Shown here in pieces: positions 1 through 6,470 of a stretch of 44,118 bases of DNA (its first letter is position 1; each line of letters begins with the position of its first letter). Both the position numbers and the translations under genes were made by a program. Under the pieces are notes generated by a model. That model worked only from the letters and a program-made list of their open reading frames with translations, had not been told where the DNA came from and did not search any database. Where the stretch lies: the NCBI GenBank assembly GCA_964514515.1, contig CAZERK010000001.1, forward strand, positions 1 to 44,118, in the 5' to 3' direction. Origin of the DNA: an uncultured Planctomycetaceae bacterium. GTDB taxonomy: Bacteria > Planctomycetota > Phycisphaerae > UBA1845 > UTPLA1.

Positions 1-685
1 CACCGCCGCCACCACCGCCGCCGCCCCCACCGCCGGAGTCGCCGATCATGACGGTCGCGCAACCCACCGCGATGGGGTCCGATCCGCCGCAGGCTTCCAT
101 GACCTTGTCGTTCTGGCGGCAGGCCGGCAGGTTGTCGATCAGGACGCCGCTGCTACCTTTGGTGACGAAGCCGGGACCATGCGGGATCGGCCCTGAAACC
201 ATGGCGCAAATGTGCATGTCTGCGATGCCCGCCATGGCGGACACGGTGGCGGACGCGGCCGCAGCGGCGGCGGCTTTGATGCCCTCGGTGTAGGCGGTGT
301 TGGCGGCGGGCTGCCCGCCCGGCGCGGCCGACGCCGAGGTCCAGGCGGTAGTCAGGGAGACATTGGTAGCCGTCAGCGTGCCAACCCCGCCGGCCGCGGC
401 CCCGGCCGCCGCCGGAGCGCCGGCGCCGGCGGCCATCGTACCCCCCATGACGAGGTTGGCGGAAATCTGCGCGAGATCTGCGGCCGCATCGGCCGGTGTA
501 AGCACCGGCTTGTCCAGGAAGGACTTCATGGAGTTGGCGATGCTGTCGATCGCGGAGGCCACGGACGACGGCACGGCGCGCCACGCGGGCATGTACCCGA
601 TCATCACGGTCAAGCTGCCCGGCCCCGGAGTCAGGGGCGGGCTTCCGTGTTGAGTCGGATCGTTGGTCCGTGCAGCCGCGGGCAT
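1..685 (-). CDS. PAAR-domain spike-tip protein with an internal Ala/Gly-rich insertion and a C-terminal poly-Gly linker; the 3' end runs off the window (partial)
   Basis: Absent from the ORF track because no stop codon lies in the window. Minus-strand ATG at 683-685, preceded by AGGAGA (695-700). My translation: MPAAARTNDPTQHGSPPLTPGPGSLTVMIGYMPAWRAV...(about 125 aa, A/G-rich)...ADMHICAMVSGPIPHGPGFVTKGSSGVLIDNLPACRQNDKVMEACGGSDPIAVGCATVMIGDSGGGGGGGGGG. The MPAAAR start, the V-x-IG-x-x-PA-x-R strand, the H-x-C...GP-x-PHG block and the GS-x-x-VLI-x-N-x-PA-x-R-x-ND block match the PAAR repeat signature. It is the last gene of the vgrG-cargo string. Confidence 0.8.
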   Translation of the reverse strand, partial: MPAAARTNDPTQHGSPPLTPGPGSLTVMIGYMPAWRAVPSSVASAIDSIANSMKSFLDKPVLTPADAAADLAQISANLVMGGTMAAGAGAPAAAGAAAGGVGTLTATNVSLTTAWTSASAAPGGQPAANTAYTEGIKAAAAAAASATVSAMAGIADMHICAMVSGPIPHGPGFVTKGSSGVLIDNLPACRQNDKVMEACGGSDPIAVGCATVMIGDSGGGGGGGGGGG

Positions 686-716
686 CGCGAGAGTTCTCCT
701 TTGAGCGGTCGCGCGT

Positions 717-1613
717 CTAGACCAGCAGGTCTTCCTGGGAACGGCTGTGATCGCGCTCGTCCTCTTCCTGTTCCTCGTTGAGGGGCTGCAGGAAGAACTG
801 GCGGGCGCGGTAGCCGCGCGTCTTGCGGAACTTGGTCACCTCCACGTCGTCTTTCTTCGGGTCGATCTTGCCCATCGCAGCGGCAACGGCCTGGGCGCCG
901 GCGGGGTCGCCCTGGTCGCGAGCATCCTGGACGAGGCCGAAGCCGGCATGGCGGTCCCACGCGAAGGGGGTCGTGTTCTCGTAGGCCAGGTACGCTTCGG
1001 CCCAGCGCTGCAGGCGCGGCGGGCCGGGCGGCATGACGAGAATCGAATCCTTGCGGGTCTTGGCCGAGATCGCCCAGGGCAGCAGGCGGGCGTCGCACTC
1101 CAGGAAGCGGCCGAGCTTGTCTTCGGGGCCCTTGCGCTCGCACTCGGTGTAGAGGTCGCTCACGCGTTTCTGGATGCCGGCGGACGGCGTCTTGGGCGGC
1201 AGCGTAAAGAACGCTTCGATGAGCGCTTCGAGCCCTTCGGCGGCCGCAGGCGAGGCGACGAGGCGGTCGAATTCCTTCACCGCAGCGGACTGCTGCGCGG
1301 ACGTACCGAGCTCGCTGACGAGCGTGATGAGATTGCCGGTGCGTTCGACGTCGGTCTGGGTCTTCTCGCCGCCGGTGATGAAGGCGACGAACTGATCAAC
1401 GCGGTCGCGCAGCGCATAGAAGCGGACGATCTCGGTCGCGCGACGCATGGTGCGGCCGGTGTGTTTGCTCTTGACGATGTCGCGCACGCCTTCGGACACC
1501 CAGTCCGGACGCAGGTCGGTCGGGAAGGGATCGGCGGCGCATTCCTTGGGCACGATGTACTGCTCCAGGACGGCGCGGGTTTCCTTGTCGGTATAGTTGC
1601 CGATGCGAGGCAT
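717..1613 (-). CDS. Hypothetical cytoplasmic protein (298 aa); candidate immunity protein or effector adaptor/chaperone
   Basis: ORF track 717..1613. ATG at 1611-1613 with GGGAG about 7 nt upstream (reverse complement aaagggagccgcagATG). GC3-rich codons. No signal peptide or TM segment. Acidic tail EEQEEDERDHSRSQEDLLV. I recognise no family motif. It lies between the metallopeptidase-like gene and the PAAR gene. Confidence 0.7.
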   Translation of the reverse strand: MPRIGNYTDKETRAVLEQYIVPKECAADPFPTDLRPDWVSEGVRDIVKSKHTGRTMRRATEIVRFYALRDRVDQFVAFITGGEKTQTDVERTGNLITLVSELGTSAQQSAAVKEFDRLVASPAAAEGLEALIEAFFTLPPKTPSAGIQKRVSDLYTECERKGPEDKLGRFLECDARLLPWAISAKTRKDSILVMPPGPPRLQRWAEAYLAYENTTPFAWDRHAGFGLVQDARDQGDPAGAQAVAAAMGKIDPKKDDVEVTKFRKTRGYRARQFFLQPLNEEQEEDERDHSRSQEDLLV

Positions 1614-1735
1614 CTGCGGCTCCCTTTAGGTTCGGCGGCCGGCACGGTTGCGGCGGCTTGCGAAGCGCGCGGCGGGCCGCGGCAACGAGGCACCGGAGTG
1701 GCACAGGAACGGGGTCATCGCGGCACTCCCAAGAC

Positions 1736-3739
1736 TCACCATTCCGTGGCCGGTTCGCGGTCCGTGGGCGCCCCGCCCGAATCGCCCGTGACATACCGCA
1801 CGACGCGCGTGGCAGCGGTACCGTGCGGGCTGGTCCGACCGAGCTCCTGCAAGCCCTTATAAGCACCGCCGGCCTCGAACACCTGGTATTTGATCTTCAT
1901 GGGCGCATCCATGATCCGGCGGCGTCCGGGCATGTCGTAGGCATTGCCGGAGGCATGGGAACCCATGACCATAAGCTGCTCTTTCTCCTTGGCGGTGATG
2001 CAGTGGCCGCTATACACGAGACAGTGGCCCATTTCGTGCGAGAATGTATAGCGCTCGTCCTGGGCGGGCTTCATCCGCGCGCTCTCGACGATGATGCACG
2101 GGCCGAACGGCAGGTGGATCCAGGTCGCGATGCCGAAGAGGATCGCGTCGTCCTCGACGGCGAACGACTTGATGATGATGGAATCGAACCACTTGGTGTC
2201 GCAGCAGGCCTTGAGGACGCGGTGCTCGTGGCGGTTGTCGTCCTGTGGGAACGCACCGAGCAACGTCGAGGTCAGCGGCGTGAACGTCGCCGACATCCGC
2301 GTATCGTCGCAGGTCACCGAGGTGATCTCCGCGAATTGCGTGTGATCCGCATCGCGGAAGATGAGGATGTCGCGAGCGGCCTGAATCGGCGGCACGGGCG
2401 GCGGATTGGGCGTGTGCTCGAGCACGCGGCCGTGCAAGCCCTGCGCCTGGATAGCGGCGAGCACGCCGGCCGTCGCGTTGGCGATGGTCGCGTCGCGCGG
2501 CAGGTTGTAGATGATCTTCTTGCCGTCGACCTTCACGGTGATTTTCGAGTTCCCCATCGCCGTGCGAATCGAACGGATGAGGCCGCTGGCACTGAACCCG
2601 GTACCGCTACGGGCACCGATGGTGAGGACGTTCTTGGCGGCCGGGTGCTGATAGATCGCCTTGAGGTGCGGGCGCAGTCCGGTCTGGGCGTAGGCCCGCC
2701 GGACCTGCTTGTAGACGACGCGTCGGACGTCCTCGAGCGAGCAGGCGTTGTCCATAATATGGACCGCCAGGCGCGCTTCGTATTTCATCTCGCCGACATC
2801 GGCGATGACCTCGGCGCGGCACTTACCCGGGTCGCACATCATCGGTTTGTAGCGGGCCCGCACCTTCTGCTCGAGGATCTCGGTGTAGCGCTTCTCGTCG
2901 TTGTTCGCACCATCGTCGTAGTAGTCTCCCACGAAAAGCGTGTGCTCGTAAATGTCGTCCTCTTCGTGCGTGACGAGACGCATATAGCGCGAGCGGAAGA
3001 CATTGGGTTTGCTCGGAAAGGAATGGCACTCGACTTCCAGCTTGCGCTTGGCATTGGTCGGGATCTTGAAGCCCGGTGGACAATCCGGGTCGGGCCGGGA
3101 GGTCAGGTCACGGACGATCTTCGTCTTGCCGCCGACGGTCTCCCGCTTGTACAGCGGCTGGAGGACCTGGAGCTCGACCGTCACGCTCAGCTCGCCCTGC
3201 TCCCCGGCCACGACATCGTGAACCTCAATGCGAAAGTGGTCGGGATCGGCGTGGGTCCGCCCCTCGTCCTCACCCATGGTATCGAGGTTACTGGTGCCTT
3301 TGCCCTTGTATAGGGAGTGCTCGGTGCCGTGGTCCTTCTTGTTGGCCTTATTCGTGACGAAGTTGCTGATGCCCAAGCGCGTCAGCCCCGGGGAGCGCGG
3401 CTCCGCGAGAGGCTGGCCGAAACCCAGAAACTTGATCGAAGCAGGCCGGTACTCCACACGTTTGCACTTGACGACGGTCTTGTCCTGCCCCTCGGTTTCC
3501 TTCTCCTGCTTCTCGGGGATGGTGACGACCTCGTCCTGGTCGAGGACGGCCTTGTTGGCGAGGGCGCTATTGGCCGGCTCCGCGCGGAAGTCTTTGCAGT
3601 CGCGGAAGCCCTGGTTCGCGGCGAACCGGCAGAGATAGTCTCCGGCCCGGGCTTTGACGGTCTTCTTCGCGGTCGGCGTCGTGGGCGTCGACGACCCGGA
3701 CGTGACCGGAGGAACGGTCGGTTTGGGTATGCTGGCCAT
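1736..3739 (-). CDS. VgrG-linked putative T6SS cargo effector (667 aa): LysM-like N-terminal segment, large unknown middle, C-terminal HExxH zinc-metallopeptidase motif
   Basis: The ORF track gives 1736..3997, but its first 86 codons overlap vgrG and are Arg/Gly junk. The internal ATG at 3737-3739 has AAGGAG (3745-3750) and lies 26 nt after the vgrG stop. The protein starts MASIPKPTVPPVTSGSS. Residues about 30-75 (ARAGDYLCRFAANQGFRDCKDFRAEPANSALANKAVLDQDEVVTIPE) fit a LysM-like GD-x-L-x-x-(F/I)A...N...L...IP pattern. YTFSHEMGHCLVYSGH (HEMGH = 2024-2038) is an HExxH motif with a further His 7 residues on and LMVMGSH downstream. The protein is Lys-rich and visibly less GC-rich than its neighbours. 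Confidence 0.75.
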   Translation of the reverse strand: MASIPKPTVPPVTSGSSTPTTPTAKKTVKARAGDYLCRFAANQGFRDCKDFRAEPANSALANKAVLDQDEVVTIPEKQEKETEGQDKTVVKCKRVEYRPASIKFLGFGQPLAEPRSPGLTRLGISNFVTNKANKKDHGTEHSLYKGKGTSNLDTMGEDEGRTHADPDHFRIEVHDVVAGEQGELSVTVELQVLQPLYKRETVGGKTKIVRDLTSRPDPDCPPGFKIPTNAKRKLEVECHSFPSKPNVFRSRYMRLVTHEEDDIYEHTLFVGDYYDDGANNDEKRYTEILEQKVRARYKPMMCDPGKCRAEVIADVGEMKYEARLAVHIMDNACSLEDVRRVVYKQVRRAYAQTGLRPHLKAIYQHPAAKNVLTIGARSGTGFSASGLIRSIRTAMGNSKITVKVDGKKIIYNLPRDATIANATAGVLAAIQAQGLHGRVLEHTPNPPPVPPIQAARDILIFRDADHTQFAEITSVTCDDTRMSATFTPLTSTLLGAFPQDDNRHEHRVLKACCDTKWFDSIIIKSFAVEDDAILFGIATWIHLPFGPCIIVESARMKPAQDERYTFSHEMGHCLVYSGHCITAKEKEQLMVMGSHASGNAYDMPGRRRIMDAPMKIKYQVFEAGGAYKGLQELGRTSPHGTAATRVVRYVTGDSGGAPTDREPATEW

Positions 3740-3765
3740 GCGGACTCCTTTGATCCTCCAGACGT

Positions 3766-6387
3766 CTAGGTGCGATCCCAGGCGTCGTCGTCCAGGCGCG
3801 GGAAGGTCACTTCGCAGTTGCCCTTGGGCACGACCACGCGGGCCTTGCCGTTGGCGTCGAGCGCGCCTTCGTGAATTTGGCCCTTCGAATCCTTCACGCG
3901 GTACTGCTCGCCGGGGACCGGCTCGCCTTCCTCGTCGACAAGCTCGATGTCGATATAGCTCGGCTCTTCCTCGGGCGGCGGCTCCTCGCCCTCCCATTCA
4001 TGTCCGGATACTTCCTCCGGCGGCGTGATCTTGGGCGGCGGGGCACCGGGGGCGGTGTAGACCGTGTCCTTGCCGGGCTTGGAGCTGTCGGCGGCGGTCG
4101 CGTCCTCGGCGTCCACCGGGGCCGCGGGCGAGCAGCTCGGCGACGAGACCGCCGGTCCCGAGCCGCTGTTGATATAGACCATGCTGCCGGTGATGTAGAC
4201 GCCGGCGCCGCAGAGGGTGATCGTGCTGCCGCCGGCCTTCAGCTCAAGGGTGGCGTCGGCCTGCAGCGAGATATTGGCGGCCTTGCACACGTACGTGGCC
4301 GCCACCTCGTGCTTGTGGTTGGTGGAGTATTTCTGCGCCACGTCGCCGTCGATGCTCTCCGAGAGCGTGCCTTTGACCTTCACGGAGCGGTTCTGGTCCA
4401 CGCGCAGCGAATCATCCTTCTCGATCCATGCGCGACGCTCGCCCTTCACGTGCGTCTGCTTGAGCTTGAAGATCTTCTGGCGATACTCGCCGGAAAGCTG
4501 GCCATCCTTCTCGCCGCCGACGAGTAGGTGATAGCTGCCGCCGGTGGTGTGGAAGTGGTCGGCCTTGACGCGGGTGTCCATCTGCCGCTGCGCCTGCAGG
4601 AAGAGCTGCTCGGAATCCTTGAGGTCCTCGAAGCGGATTTCGTTGCAGCCGCCGCCCCCCTTGCTGGAGTGCGTCTTGATGACGCTCTTGGTCTTCTCGT
4701 CCGGCAAGGCGTAGGGCGGCATGTGGTCGGCGTTGAACACGCGGCCGATGATGATGGGCTGGTCCGGATCGCCTTCGAGGAAGTCGACGATGACTTCCTG
4801 GCCGACGCGTGGCAGGAACATCATGCCGTAGCTGCCACCGGCCATGCCCTGAGCGACGCGAATCCAACAGGAGGACTTCTCGTCGAACTTGCCCTCGCGA
4901 TCCCAGTTGAACTGAACGCGCACGCGGCCGTATTCGTCGGTGTAGATTTCCTCGCCGGACGGGCCGACGACGCGGGCGGTCTGCGTGCCGCGCATGACGG
5001 GCCACGGCGTGGCCCGGGGCGGGCGATACGGCACGACCGCCGGAATGCACTCGAAGCTGCACTCGTAGACGGGGGCGTCGAATTCGATCAGCCCGCTGGT
5101 GGTCACGTCGTCGAGCAAATTGCGCAGCGAAACGGCCTCCAGGGCGCTGGCGCCGCTGGCGGCCGCGACGTTGCCGAGATCGCGCGAGACCTGGCCGGCG
5201 TGGTAGACCCAGTTGGTCAGGGCGCGGTGGGCGGTGCCGTCGCCGGCGTGAAAGCGCGAAGCGATCTGCAGCAGGGCCTCGGCGAGTTGGCGCACGTTTT
5301 CGTCGTTGGCCTGGCGCGCGGTCATGAGGGACTGATGCGCGCGGGCGTCGAGCAGGCTGCCGCGGGCGGCGGTGCCGGTCGTAGTGCGCAGGATGGCCTG
5401 CTTGCCCTGATGCGTCAGCGACGTGAGCACGTAGCTGCCGTTGACGGAATCGAGCGGGTGCTCGGCGAGCTCGAACGTGCGGGCAATCGCCAGGCGGTAG
5501 GAGTTGCTCTGGCCGACGCCGAGGACGCGTCCGGACTCGAACTCCTCCATGCGCACCTTGGCGAGCGACGTACCGACGCTCTGTTCCTTGTATTCGCCGG
5601 GATAGTCGAAAAACTGTAGGCCGGTGTCGCGGCCCGCATCGGACTTGGAGTCAAGTTTGAGCTTGGGGTTCTCGAAGCTGAAGTCGTTCAAAGCGACGGC
5701 GCCGGGGCGAACGATCTGCCCGAGCCGGAAGCGATAGATGTGCTCGGTCTCGTGGCTCATGCCGGACGGCGGTACGTAGGGCAGCGTCGCGGTGCCGGTG
5801 ATCGGCTGGTACGCGGCCGTGGCGTCCGCGAGCATGAGCGTGTGCTTGTCCTTGGTCTGCTCGAAGTACCACCAGATGCCCTCTTCCTCGAGCAGGCGGG
5901 CGATGAAGTTGTAGTCGCTCTCGCGGTACTGGACGCAGTACTCGCGGGGTTGATAGGTGCCGGACAACGAGAAGGAGAGATGGTCAGACGAGAAGCCGGC
6001 CTGCGTCAGCACGGCGGTGACGATGTCCTTGGTCGTCTGGTTCTGGAAGATGCGCGAGTTGTAGCGGTGCGTGAGCAGCCAGATGCCCGGGACGAGTTCG
6101 GCGCGGAAATACGCCTGGCTCTCGCTCTGCCCGGTCAGCTCAAAGCGGCTGACGATGCCGTGGAACCAGCGCTCCTCGGTGACCGTGTTGATGCTGAGGA
6201 CGGCGGCTTTGCCGACGATCTCGTTGAGATCCACGGCCAGATCGTCGGTGGCCAGCTCGATCTCGAAGCGGTAGAGCTGGCAGAGACCTTCGTTGCCGCG
6301 GTACCGGATGACCTGGAAGCGGTCCAGGGCGCCCCCGGCCATCTGGAACGCCAGTTGCGATTCGCTGCGATCGTATACGAGCGCCAT
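3766..6387 (-). CDS. vgrG: Type VI secretion spike protein VgrG (TssI), 873 aa, with a C-terminal acidic/Pro-rich linker and a small beta-sandwich-like extension
   Basis: The N-terminus MALVYDRSESQLAFQMAGGALDRFQVIRYRGNEGLCQLYRFEIELATDD is the classic VgrG gp27-like start. Also present: FENPKLKLDS, a gp5 OB-like block (RGTQTARVVGPSGEEIYTDEYGRVRVQFNWDR...WIRVAQGMAGGSYGMMFLPRVGQEVIVDFLEGDPDQPIIIGRVFN) and beta-helix repeats. It directly follows clpV. Confidence 0.97.
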   Translation of the reverse strand: MALVYDRSESQLAFQMAGGALDRFQVIRYRGNEGLCQLYRFEIELATDDLAVDLNEIVGKAAVLSINTVTEERWFHGIVSRFELTGQSESQAYFRAELVPGIWLLTHRYNSRIFQNQTTKDIVTAVLTQAGFSSDHLSFSLSGTYQPREYCVQYRESDYNFIARLLEEEGIWWYFEQTKDKHTLMLADATAAYQPITGTATLPYVPPSGMSHETEHIYRFRLGQIVRPGAVALNDFSFENPKLKLDSKSDAGRDTGLQFFDYPGEYKEQSVGTSLAKVRMEEFESGRVLGVGQSNSYRLAIARTFELAEHPLDSVNGSYVLTSLTHQGKQAILRTTTGTAARGSLLDARAHQSLMTARQANDENVRQLAEALLQIASRFHAGDGTAHRALTNWVYHAGQVSRDLGNVAAASGASALEAVSLRNLLDDVTTSGLIEFDAPVYECSFECIPAVVPYRPPRATPWPVMRGTQTARVVGPSGEEIYTDEYGRVRVQFNWDREGKFDEKSSCWIRVAQGMAGGSYGMMFLPRVGQEVIVDFLEGDPDQPIIIGRVFNADHMPPYALPDEKTKSVIKTHSSKGGGGCNEIRFEDLKDSEQLFLQAQRQMDTRVKADHFHTTGGSYHLLVGGEKDGQLSGEYRQKIFKLKQTHVKGERRAWIEKDDSLRVDQNRSVKVKGTLSESIDGDVAQKYSTNHKHEVAATYVCKAANISLQADATLELKAGGSTITLCGAGVYITGSMVYINSGSGPAVSSPSCSPAAPVDAEDATAADSSKPGKDTVYTAPGAPPPKITPPEEVSGHEWEGEEPPPEEEPSYIDIELVDEEGEPVPGEQYRVKDSKGQIHEGALDANGKARVVVPKGNCEVTFPRLDDDAWDRT

Positions 6388-6470
6388 AGGCCGTCACCTC
6401 GCCTTCCCTACACCTCGCGACCCCGTCGTGCACCGGCGCGGCCCGTGCGCCGACGACGCGGACCAAGTCG

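Noticed and set aside
48-781. Track ORFs 48..293(+), 153..584(-), 212..781(+), 297..653(+) at the left edge
   Set aside because: None is in the frame that gives the PAAR signature. The real gene is the minus-strand open frame 1..685, which is absent from the track because it has no stop in the window.
1658-3313. 551-aa plus-strand ORF opposite the metallopeptidase-like gene; similar shadows at 747..1862, 4528..5619, 5740..6663, 10457..12181, 13225..14913, 18205..19788, 20008..21465, 21523..23505, 24349..26487, 26520..28571, 28240..29910, 29977..31077
   Set aside because: All are antisense or out-of-frame overlaps of confidently identified minus-strand genes. All have Arg/Gly/Ala/Pro-dominated low-complexity translations typical of high-GC non-coding frames.
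3740-3997. N-terminal 86 codons of track ORF 1736..3997
   Set aside because: They overlap the 3' end of vgrG and read as Arg/Gly-rich junk. The internal ATG at 3739 with AAGGAG is a far better start. The same logic trims 25609-25797 (tssK), 26509-26754 (tssJ-slot gene), 32155-32358 (pseudokinase) and 36028-36138 (adhesin).
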